A stretch of DNA of 19,260 bases. It comes from Gemmatimonadota bacterium (GTDB lineage: Bacteria > Gemmatimonadota > Gemmatimonadetes > Palauibacterales > Palauibacteraceae). The stretch covers positions 1 through 19,260 of the forward strand of contig JBHIAV010000049.1 of NCBI GenBank assembly GCA_046758745.1, read 5' to 3'. The position numbers were made by a program, and so were the translations under genes. This document shows positions 7,912 through 16,536 of this stretch, piece after piece; within the stretch, counting starts at the first letter, position 1, and every line of letters starts with the position of its first letter. The notes below the pieces were generated by a model, which was not told where the DNA came from, did no database searches, and was given only the letters and a program-made list of their open reading frames with translations.

Positions 7912-8121
7912 CTACTGGTTCGCCCGGCAGCCGTCCAAGCAGCCGGTGTGCCATTCGAGGCACGAATCGGGGTCGAGCAGTCCGATCGTCTTCTTGCAGC
8001 CGATGTAGATGACGTCGCAGTACAGCCCGCACCAATTGACCTTCGCGGCCGCCGGCGCATCATCGGCACTCCCTCCCGTCAGGGTGAAGAGCGCCGCCAG
8101 AAGGATGATCGTTCGCCTCAT
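7912..8121 (-). CDS. Secreted six-cysteine peptide A, 69 aa
   Basis: MRRTIILLAALFTLTGGSADDAPAAA-KVNWCGLYCDVIYIGCKKTIGLLDPDSCLEWHTGCLDGCRANQ; SD GGAGGAGGTGG before ATG 8121; signal-peptide-like N-terminus. Confidence 0.8.
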   Translation of the reverse strand: MRRTIILLAALFTLTGGSADDAPAAAKVNWCGLYCDVIYIGCKKTIGLLDPDSCLEWHTGCLDGCRANQ

Positions 8122-8300
8122 CTTCCACCTCCTCCGCATCTCGTTTCTCACGTTGATGTACCTCGGCGGTCGGTCGGTCCATCGACCCGGCACGAGTCCG
8201 GCCCGGGGACACCGCGATCGTCCGATCGACCTGTCTGGAAGACAGAAACGATGGACGCGCCGTTCGCGCGGGCTCCCGCGTGACGCTCCGCCGGGGAATC

Positions 8301-8510
8301 CTACAGGTTCGCGATGTTGCAGCCTGCCAGGCAGCCCAGGATGTACCAGGTGCACTTCCAGCTGTCGATGCGCTCGCAGTGTGCAGCGGCCCGCTCGGCG
8401 CAGTAGTCCGTGCAGTCGACCTGGCGCGCCGCGGCGGCCGCCGGCCGGCTACCCCCGCCGGAAGCGCCCAGCATGGTGAGAGCGGCGAGCGCCATCACGA
8501 AACGTCGCAT
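8301..8510 (-). CDS. Secreted six-cysteine peptide B, 69 aa
   Basis: MRRFVMALAALTMLGASGGGSRPAAAAA-RQVDCTDYCAERAAAHCERIDSWKCTWYILGCLAGCNIANL; SD AAGGAGGTG before ATG 8510, 19 nt after the thioredoxin-like gene stop. Confidence 0.8.
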   Translation of the reverse strand: MRRFVMALAALTMLGASGGGSRPAAAAARQVDCTDYCAERAAAHCERIDSWKCTWYILGCLAGCNIANL

Positions 8511-8529
8511 CACGCACCTCCTTTTCCTG

Positions 8530-9105
8530 TCACGGTGAACCGCGGGGATCCGCGGCGGGGCGCCCCGCCACTTGGCCGGCGAGGCGCAGGATCGAGTCGA
8601 TGGCAGTGGCCCCGAGCACGCCGGAGAGGCGAACGCGCAGCCGCCGGTCTCCGTCCACGACCAGCGTCGTTGGGACCACGGAGAGGCCAAGCCTCGCGAC
8701 GAATCGGGACTCGTCGGCAGGCCGCACCGGCACGGCGCTCGGCATGTGCGCCTGCGCGTACGCAAAGCCGGAGTCGGCCGGCTCGAGCGCGACGGCGAAC
8801 GGCCGGATTCCCCTCGGAAGGCGACGGAGAAGCTCCCGCCACGCCGGAAGGTTGCGCTCGCAGGCGCCGCATGTGGACTGGAACACCAGCAGGAGGGCGG
8901 GACCGCTACCCGCGACGCTCACCGAGTCGCTCGAATCGAGCCGCGCCATCATCAGCCCGGGCGGAACCGGGTCCCCCTCTCCCGCCTCGTCGCGGGCACG
9001 CCACGCCGGAAGCAGGCGATCGTTGATGAGCAGCGCCGCGGCCGCCACTACCGCCGCTCCCGTCCCCGCGTTGAGCGCGATCTCCCCGACCCGGTGCCGT
9101 CCCAT
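8530..9105 (-). CDS. Membrane-anchored thioredoxin-fold thiol-disulfide oxidoreductase (TlpA/MauD/redoxin-like)
   Basis: N-terminal hydrophobic anchor (AAVVAAAALLI), LLLVFQSTCGAC (CxxC), cis-Pro loop LGLSVVPTTLVVD; SD GGAGGGG before ATG 9105. Confidence 0.82.
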   Translation of the reverse strand: MGRHRVGEIALNAGTGAAVVAAAALLINDRLLPAWRARDEAGEGDPVPPGLMMARLDSSDSVSVAGSGPALLLVFQSTCGACERNLPAWRELLRRLPRGIRPFAVALEPADSGFAYAQAHMPSAVPVRPADESRFVARLGLSVVPTTLVVDGDRRLRVRLSGVLGATAIDSILRLAGQVAGRPAADPRGSP

Positions 9106-9250
9106 CGTCCCCTCCGCACCGCTCCCGGCGCCGCCCCGGAGCGAGTGCAGGATCGTCCGGCCAGATCAACGAGGCGTCATCAACCGGCGGGACGGGACCG
9201 GGAGAAGGGTCCTTTGAAGGGCAGGTGACGCGGCTCGGCACCCTCGCGAC

Positions 9251-10714
9251 ATGTCCGCCGAGGACCGCCTCCCCGCCGCTCGGGCCGTGCTGGCCAGCCT
9301 GTTGGGGCATTCGGATTTCCGGCCCGCCCAGGCCAGGGTGGTGCGCGCCATGCTGGCCCGGCGGGACGTCCTCGCCGTCCTGCCCACGGGAGCCGGCAAG
9401 TCGGTGTGCTTTCAGGTCCCGGCCCTTCTCGAGGCGGGGATCACCGTGGTGGTCTCTCCCCTCATCTCGCTGATGGACGACCAGGTGGTGGCGGTGCGGC
9501 GGCGAGGGTTTCCGGCCGCGGCCCTCACGTCCCTCTCCTCTCCATCCGACCGAGGTGAGGTGGCGCGGGCGCTGGCATCCCGTCGGCTCAAGCTTCTCTA
9601 CGTCTCGCCTGAGCGGCTCGCCACGGGCGCCTTCCGTCGTCTGCTCGGCGGTTGCTCGATCAGCCGCGTTGCCGTGGACGAGGCGCACTGCATCAGCGAG
9701 TGGGGGCACGACTTCCGGCCCGCCTACCGCCGCATCGCGACCTTCTGCGCGGCGATGGGACGGCCGCCGGTGGCGGCGTTCACGGCCACCGCCACTCCGG
9801 CAACCCGCGCGGACATCGAGGCCTCCCTCGTCCTACGGGATTCGGTGAAAGTGGTCGGCCACGTGGACCGTCCGAATCTGTGGTGGGGAGTCGAGACCGC
9901 GCGCAGCCTGGCGGCGGGCGCATGCCGCGTCATGCAGGTCGTCCGTCGCACGGCCGGCGCGGGCATCGTCTACCTCCCGACGCGGGAGCGGGCGTCCCGG
10001 CTCGCGGAGGCGCTCATCCGGACGGGAGTGCCGGCCGTCCCGTATCATGCCGGCCTGAGCGCCGACGCGAGGCGGTCCGTGCAGCAGGGCTTCCTGGCCA
10101 GCCGGCACCGGGTCGTGTGCGCCACGAACGCGTTCGGGATGGGGATCGACCATGCCCATGTACGCTTCGTGTGTCACTTGGGCGTGCCAGGCTCCCTCGA
10201 GGCGTACGTCCAGGAGGCCGGCCGCGCCGGGCGGGACGGCGGGCGGGCCCGGTGTCTGTTGCTGAGCTGTCCCGGCGACTTTCGCCTGCAGCGAGGGCTC
10301 GCTGCGTCGAAGTGGCCCTCGCCGCGGCTCCTCTCCGCCGTGTGGGAGTCGATGCCCGCCGGTCGGGCGATCTCCGTTGCGGAGGTTCGGGAGCGTCTGG
10401 GCCGTCGCGCGGCCGAGGAGCCGGTGGGCGCGGCGCTACGTCTGCTGATCGAGCAGGGATGCGCTCGCCGGGCTCGTCCGACGGGCGCGCCGGATGAGGA
10501 GGCGGTGGTTCGGGGCCCGGCGAGTCTTCGGCGCCGGATCGACTTTTCCGCCCCTTCGCGCGGACGTGCGCGCGCGGCCGAGCGGCTCGAGGCGATGCGT
10601 CGATACCTTCGTCGCCGCGACTGTCGTCGCGCGATGCTCGCCGCGTATTTCGGCCAGCCGGCCCCGTCCTGCGCCGGATGCGACTCGTGCGACGCTCGGC
10701 GGCGTCCGGGATGA
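9251..10714 (+). CDS. recQ: RecQ-family ATP-dependent DNA helicase, no HRDC domain
   Basis: [80 protein letters not shown]-terminal CRR..YFG..CAGCDSC zinc site. Confidence 0.93.
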   Translation: MSAEDRLPAARAVLASLLGHSDFRPAQARVVRAMLARRDVLAVLPTGAGKSVCFQVPALLEAGITVVVSPLISLMDDQVVAVRRRGFPAAALTSLSSPSDRGEVARALASRRLKLLYVSPERLATGAFRRLLGGCSISRVAVDEAHCISEWGHDFRPAYRRIATFCAAMGRPPVAAFTATATPATRADIEASLVLRDSVKVVGHVDRPNLWWGVETARSLAAGACRVMQVVRRTAGAGIVYLPTRERASRLAEALIRTGVPAVPYHAGLSADARRSVQQGFLASRHRVVCATNAFGMGIDHAHVRFVCHLGVPGSLEAYVQEAGRAGRDGGRARCLLLSCPGDFRLQRGLAASKWPSPRLLSAVWESMPAGRAISVAEVRERLGRRAAEEPVGAALRLLIEQGCARRARPTGAPDEEAVVRGPASLRRRIDFSAPSRGRARAAERLEAMRRYLRRRDCRRAMLAAYFGQPAPSCAGCDSCDARRRPG

Positions 10715-10815
10715 GCCGTCCGCGCGCATGGACGGCAGCGCGAGGGCCGCCGTGCCGCACCGACGTGAAGGCGTCGGTCCCCGAGCGCCGTGCCCTGTCG
10801 CCCGCTCGCGAATGT

Positions 10816-10843
10816 TTCACACCACCGTGGTATTGCGTAGAAT
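10816..10843 (+). promoter_or_regulatory. Candidate sigma-70 promoter for the acyl-CoA dehydrogenase gene
   Basis: TTCACA (10816-10821)-N16-TAGAAT (10838-10843) in an AT-richer patch about 85 nt upstream of ATG 10927. Confidence 0.5.
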
Positions 10844-10926
10844 GGTCAGCGCCCTCTCGCGGCGGCCGAGTCGAAGGCGAGGGAAGCCCGCGGCGTCGCG
10901 AAGGGCGAGCGTGCAGCCAGGGATCG

Positions 10927-12147
10927 ATGAGCGATCTTTCCATATACCTCGGAGAGCACCACCTCATGCTCCGCGACGTGGTGCGTGAGTTCGCGGAGTC
11001 GGAGGTCGCGCCCGTAGCGGCCCGACACGACGAGGACGAATCGTTCCCGTGGGAGATGGGAGCGAAGATGGCCGAGCTCGGCCTCTTCGGGATCCCGTGG
11101 CCGGAGGAATACGGCGGGGCCGGGATGGATCTCCTCGGGGCGGTGATCGCGGTGGAGGAGCTGGCCCGTGTCGACGCCAGCCACTCGATCATGGTCGGCG
11201 CCCACACCTCGCTCGCCTCCGCGCCCATCTTCTATTGGGGAACGGAGGAGCAGAAGAGGAGGTACCTCACGCCACTGGCGAGTGGGAAGGTGCTCGGCGG
11301 CTTCGGCCTCACGGAGCCCGGCTCCGGGTCCGACGCCGGCGGGATGCTCGCCACCGCGGTGCGGAAGGGCGACCGGTACGTTCTCAACGGACAGAAGACG
11401 TTCATCACGCACGCCGGTGTGGGGGAGATCTTCGTGATCGGGGCCCTCACCTCCCCCGAAAAAAGAAGCCACGGGATCACGGCCTTCGTGCTCACCAAGG
11501 AGACATGCGACCTGGAGGTGGCGCAGGGGCTGGGCTTCGGTCACAGCGATGCGCTCGAGCCGATGACGGGCTTTACGGCCGGCCAGAAGCTGAGGAAGCT
11601 CGGGTGGAACGCGTCCGACACGCGGGAGCTCATCCTGCAGGACGTCGAGGTGCCGGTCGAGAACGTCCTCGGTGAGGTGGACAAGGGATTCCACGTCTTC
11701 CTGGACACCCTGGACGGCGGACGGATCGGGATGGCTGCGCACGCGGTCGGCATCGGGCAGGGGGCGCTCGAGCTGGCTGTGCGGTACACCGGGGAGCGGA
11801 TTCAGTTCGGCCGGCCCATCAACGAGTTCCAGGGCGTCCGCTTTATGCTCGCGGAGATGGCGACCCGCATCCATGCCGCCCGGCTGATGACGTATCACGC
11901 CGCACACCTGAAGATGAACGGCAAGCCGTACAAGAAGGAAGCCTCGATGGCGAAGCTGTGTGCGTCCGAGGCCGCGATGGATGTGACGATCAAGGCCGTC
12001 CAGCTGCACGGCGGCTACGGCTACTCGAGAGAATACCCGGTGGAGCGCATGATGCGCGACGCCAAGATCACGGAGATCGGCGAGGGCACGAGCGAGATCC
12101 AGAAGATCGTCATCGCTCGCGAGCTGCTCGAGGGCCTGAAGGCCTAG
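10927..12147 (+). CDS. Acyl-CoA dehydrogenase (short/branched-chain type)
   Basis: [68 protein letters not shown] with the catalytic Glu. Start taken at ATG 10927. Confidence 0.95.
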   Translation: MSDLSIYLGEHHLMLRDVVREFAESEVAPVAARHDEDESFPWEMGAKMAELGLFGIPWPEEYGGAGMDLLGAVIAVEELARVDASHSIMVGAHTSLASAPIFYWGTEEQKRRYLTPLASGKVLGGFGLTEPGSGSDAGGMLATAVRKGDRYVLNGQKTFITHAGVGEIFVIGALTSPEKRSHGITAFVLTKETCDLEVAQGLGFGHSDALEPMTGFTAGQKLRKLGWNASDTRELILQDVEVPVENVLGEVDKGFHVFLDTLDGGRIGMAAHAVGIGQGALELAVRYTGERIQFGRPINEFQGVRFMLAEMATRIHAARLMTYHAAHLKMNGKPYKKEASMAKLCASEAAMDVTIKAVQLHGGYGYSREYPVERMMRDAKITEIGEGTSEIQKIVIARELLEGLKA

Positions 12148-12343
12148 GTTCGCCGGGCGTGCCGGCCCCCGCCCGAAGGTGGGATCGGTCGCCCCGTTCG
12201 ACAAGCGCCATGGCGCCTCGCGCGACCGGTACCGCCGGGTACCGGCCGCGCCGGACGTCGGCGGTTACAGGTTCAGAGAAGATGGCGAGACGCAGCTTCA
12301 GGGCGACGCTTACCCTGCCGCCCGCAACGCCGGCAGTCCGCTG

Positions 12344-13861
12344 ATGCGGCGCGAGATCCTGATCGACGCCACCGGGCGGGAGACGCGGGCGGCGATCCTC
12401 GAGGACGGCCGGCTCGTCGAGCTCATGCACGAGCGTCCCGACGCCCAGCGCATGGTCGGAGACATGTACCTCGGCAAGGTCGAGGCGGTTCTTCCCGGAA
12501 TCCAGGCCGCGTTCATCGACATAGGAAGCGAGAAGTCCGCGTTTCTGCACGTCTCCGACGTGGCGGGGCAGGAGGAGGACGAGGAGAACGAGGGCGCCGG
12601 GCGTCGTCCCCGCAAGTACCCCCCGATCCAGGAGCTGGTTACCAGGGGGCAGCAGATCCTGGTTCAGGTCACGAAGGAGCCGATCGGAACGAAAGGTCCG
12701 AGGGTCACCACCCAGGTCTCGCTTCCTGGTCGCTTCATCGTGTACATGCCGTACTCCTCGCACGTCGGGGTGAGCCGCAAGATCGAGGACCGAGAGGAGC
12801 GAGCCCGCCTCCGGGCCCTGGGGCGCGATCTGCTCGGCGACACTCCCGGCGGGGTGATCGTGCGCACCGTCGGCGAGGAGCTCACGCACGACACGTTCAG
12901 ACAGGAGCTGAGCTCCCTCCGCCGGGCGTGGGAGAAGGTACAGCGCCGGACGAAGAGCGTGAAGGCACCGGCCCTCGTGCACCGGGAGGCCACACTGGCC
13001 TCGGGGATCATCCGGGACCTGTTCAGCGAGAAGGTGGATCTCCTCACGGTCGACGCGCCGGAGCTGGCGCACGAGATCAAGTCCTACCTGGGACAGGTGA
13101 GCCCGGAGCTCCTCGATCGGGTGAGGCTGTACCGGGGGGATGCGCCGATCTTCGATGAGTATGGAATCGAAGAGGAGATCCGGCGCGCCTTTCAGCGGCG
13201 AGTGGAGCTTCGATCCGGCGGTCACATCGTCATCGAAGCGACCGAAGCCCTGGTGGCGATCGACGTAAACACGGGGCGCTATACGGGTCGCAAGGATCCG
13301 AGCCAGACGATCTTGCGCACGAACCTCGACGCCGCGGCCGAGATCGCTCGGCAGCTTCGCCTGCGCGACATCGGCGGCATCATCGTGTGCGACTTCATCG
13401 ACATGGAGGAGAAGGAGTATCGCGACCGCGTGCTCCAGGAGATGCGGACCCATCTCGGCCGTGATCGGGCCCGCACCAAGGTGTTCGACATCTCTGACCT
13501 GGGCCTCATGGAGATCAGTCGTCAGCGGGTGCGCCCCAGCCTGTTCCAGATGATGACCCAGCCCTGTCCGAGCTGCGACGGCACGGGTCGAGTGCTGGCG
13601 CCCGACACGGTCGTCCGTCGGGTGGAGCGCTCGATTCGCCGCGCCCGCTCGACGGGGGAGCGGCGCGACCTGACGATCCGGGTGCACCCGGAGGTCGCCC
13701 TGTATCTGCTGGAGGAGGAGCCGGAGTTCCTGCGGAAGATGAGGAAAGAGTACGGGATCGAGCTCGACATCCGGGACGATCCGCTGCTGGCTCACGATGA
13801 GTACCGGATCCTGGCCGCCCCGGCGGATACGGACGTGACGTCCAAGTACGCGGTGGCCTGA
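12344..13861 (+). CDS. rng: Ribonuclease E/G family (RNase G-length, no long C-terminal scaffold)
   Basis: S1 domain GDMYLGKVEAVLPGIQAAFIDIG, VQVTKEPIGTKGPRVT, IDVNTG, RQLRLRDIGGIIVCDFIDM, CPSCDGTG zinc link; synteny with rplU-rpmA. Confidence 0.93.
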   Translation: MRREILIDATGRETRAAILEDGRLVELMHERPDAQRMVGDMYLGKVEAVLPGIQAAFIDIGSEKSAFLHVSDVAGQEEDEENEGAGRRPRKYPPIQELVTRGQQILVQVTKEPIGTKGPRVTTQVSLPGRFIVYMPYSSHVGVSRKIEDREERARLRALGRDLLGDTPGGVIVRTVGEELTHDTFRQELSSLRRAWEKVQRRTKSVKAPALVHREATLASGIIRDLFSEKVDLLTVDAPELAHEIKSYLGQVSPELLDRVRLYRGDAPIFDEYGIEEEIRRAFQRRVELRSGGHIVIEATEALVAIDVNTGRYTGRKDPSQTILRTNLDAAAEIARQLRLRDIGGIIVCDFIDMEEKEYRDRVLQEMRTHLGRDRARTKVFDISDLGLMEISRQRVRPSLFQMMTQPCPSCDGTGRVLAPDTVVRRVERSIRRARSTGERRDLTIRVHPEVALYLLEEEPEFLRKMRKEYGIELDIRDDPLLAHDEYRILAAPADTDVTSKYAVA

Positions 13862-13997
13862 GGCCGGGTGCCGGCGCGGTGGCCTGAGATCGACCCCGCC
13901 CGGCCCGGACCGGTGGCCGGCTCGGTTCGGGGCGCCGATCGGGAGAAGCGAGCGGGGGCCGCCGGCGCCGAGGTGTGGTGGGGGAGGGCCGCTTCGA

Positions 13998-14026
13998 TTG
14001 ACAGATGTCCACACTGCACCTACGAT
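13998..14026 (+). promoter_or_regulatory. Sigma-70 promoter of rplU-rpmA
   Basis: TTGACA (13998-14003)-N17-TACGAT (14021-14026), 44 nt upstream of ATG 14070. Confidence 0.8.
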
Positions 14027-14069
14027 GCATAGTTTATGAGAGACCGTGAAACAGGGGCAGGTTTCAGAT

Positions 14070-14618
14070 ATGTACGCGATATTTCAGGCGAAGGGTAAGC
14101 AGTTCCGAGCCGACCCTGACGCCACCCTGCGACTCCCCAGCCTGGAAGCCCAACCCGGCGAGACGGTTACCTTCGACGAGGTCCTTCTCGCCGAGCGCGA
14201 CGGTCGGATCCTGATCGGTCGCCCGGCCGTAGCCGGGGCGTCCGTGGCCGCCGAAGTGCTGCGCCACGGCAAGGGCGACAAGATCGTCGTGTTCAAGATG
14301 AAGCGCCGGAAGGGATACCGGAGGAAGCAGGGTCACCGGCAGCGTTTCACCGAGGTCCGCGTGGTGAAGATCGATCTCGGTGACGGGCGTGCCGCGAAAC
14401 GTGCGGCGAAGGCGCGGGTAAAGGAAGAAATGCCCGAGCCACCGGCCGCCGCCGAGGCACCTGCCGCCGCGGCCGAGATCCTCGCGACCGACTCGGCGCG
14501 GGCGCTCGCGGAGGAGCACGGGATCGACCTGGCGGCGATCGATGGCACCGGGAAGGACCGGCGCATCCTGAAGGGCGACGTCGAGAAGGCGATCAAGGAG
14601 CGAGAGGCGCGGGACTGA
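14070..14618 (+). CDS. rplU: 50S ribosomal protein L21 with a C-terminal linker and E3-binding (PSBD) domain
   Basis: [13 protein letters not shown]...[27 protein letters not shown], then an Ala/Pro linker and [33 protein letters not shown]. Confidence 0.95.
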   Translation: MYAIFQAKGKQFRADPDATLRLPSLEAQPGETVTFDEVLLAERDGRILIGRPAVAGASVAAEVLRHGKGDKIVVFKMKRRKGYRRKQGHRQRFTEVRVVKIDLGDGRAAKRAAKARVKEEMPEPPAAAEAPAAAAEILATDSARALAEEHGIDLAAIDGTGKDRRILKGDVEKAIKEREARD

Positions 14619-14619
14619 G

Positions 14620-14877
14620 ATGGCACACAAGAAGGGTGTAGGCTCGAGTCGAAACGGGCGCGACAGCAACCCGAAATACTTGGGCGTCAAGAAGTTCGGG
14701 GGAGAGCGGGTACGGGCGGGCAACATCCTCGTGCGCCAGCGGGGAACCCGGATCCACCCCGGCCGAAACGTGGGGCGCGGCAACGACGACACCCTCTTCG
14801 CGCTCGCGGACGGTCGGGTCCGCTTCATCAACCAGCGAGGCGGCCGGAAGCTCGTGAGCATCGTTCCCGGAGAGTAG
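14620..14877 (+). CDS. rpmA: 50S ribosomal protein L27
   Basis: [28 protein letters not shown]...[10 protein letters not shown]...[10 protein letters not shown]. Confidence 0.98.
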   Translation: MAHKKGVGSSRNGRDSNPKYLGVKKFGGERVRAGNILVRQRGTRIHPGRNVGRGNDDTLFALADGRVRFINQRGGRKLVSIVPGE

Positions 14878-14891
14878 GGCGCCGGGGAGGT

Positions 14892-15671
14892 TCACTCCCC
14901 CACGAACTCGGCCGTCCGCTTCTCCAGGAAGGCGCTCACCCCCTCATCCTTGTCGCGGGTCGAGAAGAGAAGGCCGAACCACGCCCGCTCGAATTTCAGT
15001 CCCTCGTCAAGCGACATCCGATGTGCCGCCAGGACGCTCTCCTTCGCCGCCTGGAGGGCGATCGGGCCCTTCGAGGCGATGGTGCGCGCGAGGGCCAGCG
15101 TGCGCTCCCGAAGCTCCGCAGCCGGGACCACCTCCTCGACGAGGCCGATCGCCTTCGCCTCTTCCGCCCCCACCATCTCGCCGCTCAGGATGAGCCGCAT
15201 GGCGTGTCCCTCGCCGATCAGCCGCGGGAGCCGCTGCGTTCCACCGCCGCCCGGGATGATCCCCAGGTTCACCTCGGGCTGACCCAGCCTGGCGCGGTCC
15301 GAGGCGATGCGGATGTCGCACGCCAGCGCGAGCTCGCAGCCTCCACCCAGGCAGTATCCGTTGATCATCGCGATCACGGGCTTCGGGAATTCCTCCACGG
15401 CCGAGTAGATGTTTCCGCGCTGCATCGTGCGGTACTGCTGGACCGCCGTCGCGTCCCTGAACTCCGCGATGTCGGCGCCCGCGATGAACGCCTTCTCGCC
15501 GGCTCCGGTGAGCACGACTGCCCGGACCTCCTCGTCGTCCCGTAGGGTGTTGAGCGCCCCCAGGAAAGCACAGCGCACCTCGCCGTTGAGGGCGTTCAAC
15601 TTCTCCGGCCGGTTGAACGTGAGGAGCGCCACGCGCCCCTCCAGCTTCTCGACGAGCAGCACGTCACTCAT
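14892..15671 (-). CDS. Enoyl-CoA hydratase (crotonase/PaaF-like)
   Basis: [30 protein letters not shown] and QPEVNLGIIPGGGGTQRL, with both catalytic Glu present. Confidence 0.92.
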   Translation of the reverse strand: MSDVLLVEKLEGRVALLTFNRPEKLNALNGEVRCAFLGALNTLRDDEEVRAVVLTGAGEKAFIAGADIAEFRDATAVQQYRTMQRGNIYSAVEEFPKPVIAMINGYCLGGGCELALACDIRIASDRARLGQPEVNLGIIPGGGGTQRLPRLIGEGHAMRLILSGEMVGAEEAKAIGLVEEVVPAAELRERTLALARTIASKGPIALQAAKESVLAAHRMSLDEGLKFERAWFGLLFSTRDKDEGVSAFLEKRTAEFVGE

Positions 15672-16536
15672 TCGACATCTCCCTTGTGGCCTGTCGCCAT
15701 TCGTAGAAGCCTTCTCCGCTCTTCTTCCCTAACTTGCCCTCCGCCACCATCCGTTCGAGCAGCAGCGGGGGGCGGAAGCGCTCGCCGCCGAGCTCGCGGT
15801 GCAGGTAGCGCGCGATCTCGAGCCGAACGTCGAGCCCCACGAGATCGGTGAGACGCAAGGGGCCCATGGGGTGCCGGTACCCCAGCTCCATCGCGCGGTC
15901 GATGTCCTCCGGCGAGGCCACCCCCTCCTCCACCATCCGAATGGCCTCGAGCCCCAGGGCGACTCCGAGCCGCGAGGAGGCGAAGCCGGGTGAGTCGCGC
16001 ACCACGATCGGCGTCTTGCCCATGCCGACCGCCAGCTCGCGGGCCCGCTCCACGGCGCGGTGGGCCGTTCGATCCCCGCGCACGATCTCGACGAGCGCCA
16101 TGATGTGCACCGGGTTGAAGAAGTGCATCCCGACCACGCGCTCGGCCCCTGGGAGACCCTCGGCGATGGCCGTGATGGAGAGGGAAGAGGTATTGGAGGC
16201 GAGGAGCGTGTCCGGCGCCACACGCTCGGCGACTCGAGCGAACAGCTCCTTCTTCAGTTCGAGCCGCTCCGGCACGGCCTCGATGACCGCGTCGGCCTTG
16301 TCCACCGCCGCCTCGAGGTCCGCCACCGGCGTCAGCCGGGAGAGGGCGGCGCCCGGCTCGTCCGCCTCCACCTTCCCGAGCTCGACCCCTTTCGCGAGAT
16401 TGGCGCGGACCCTGGCCATCGCGGCTTCCAGCGCTTCCGGGCTCACGTCGTACAGGGCGGTGTCGTGCCCCGCCATGGCGGAAAGCTGGGCGATCCCGTG
16501 GCCCATCGTGCCGGCGCCCAGCACGGCCAGCCTCAT
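15664..16536 (-). CDS. 3-hydroxyacyl-CoA dehydrogenase (PaaH/Hbd-like)
   Basis: MRLAVLGAGTMGHGIAQ (Rossmann fold), IEAVPE, ASNTSSL, GMHFFNP, HPMGPLRLTDLVGLD, GKLGKKSGEGFY. ATG 16536 overlaps the GNAT stop (ATGA). Confidence 0.93.
   Translation of the reverse strand: MRLAVLGAGTMGHGIAQLSAMAGHDTALYDVSPEALEAAMARVRANLAKGVELGKVEADEPGAALSRLTPVADLEAAVDKADAVIEAVPERLELKKELFARVAERVAPDTLLASNTSSLSITAIAEGLPGAERVVGMHFFNPVHIMALVEIVRGDRTAHRAVERARELAVGMGKTPIVVRDSPGFASSRLGVALGLEAIRMVEEGVASPEDIDRAMELGYRHPMGPLRLTDLVGLDVRLEIARYLHRELGGERFRPPLLLERMVAEGKLGKKSGEGFYEWRQATREMSNE

Noticed and set aside
7912-8510. Six-Cys peptides as radical-SAM (ranthipeptide/sactipeptide) or lanthipeptide precursors, or as Tat substrates
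   Set aside because: No radical SAM, Lan or peptidase-transporter gene nearby; the leaders look like Sec signals; MRR lacks the S/T-R-R-x-F-L Tat consensus. An even Cys count plus an adjacent CxxC protein favours disulfides.
9251-10714. RecQ as part of a defence system or the peptide cluster
   Set aside because: An ordinary HRDC-less RecQ paralogue, divergently oriented, with no adjacent nuclease or DprA-like partner.
10678-10926. In-frame N-terminal extension of the acyl-CoA dehydrogenase (ATG 10711 overlapping the recQ stop)
   Set aside because: The translation is not ACAD-like and the interval contains a plausible promoter; ATG 10927 gives a typical length.
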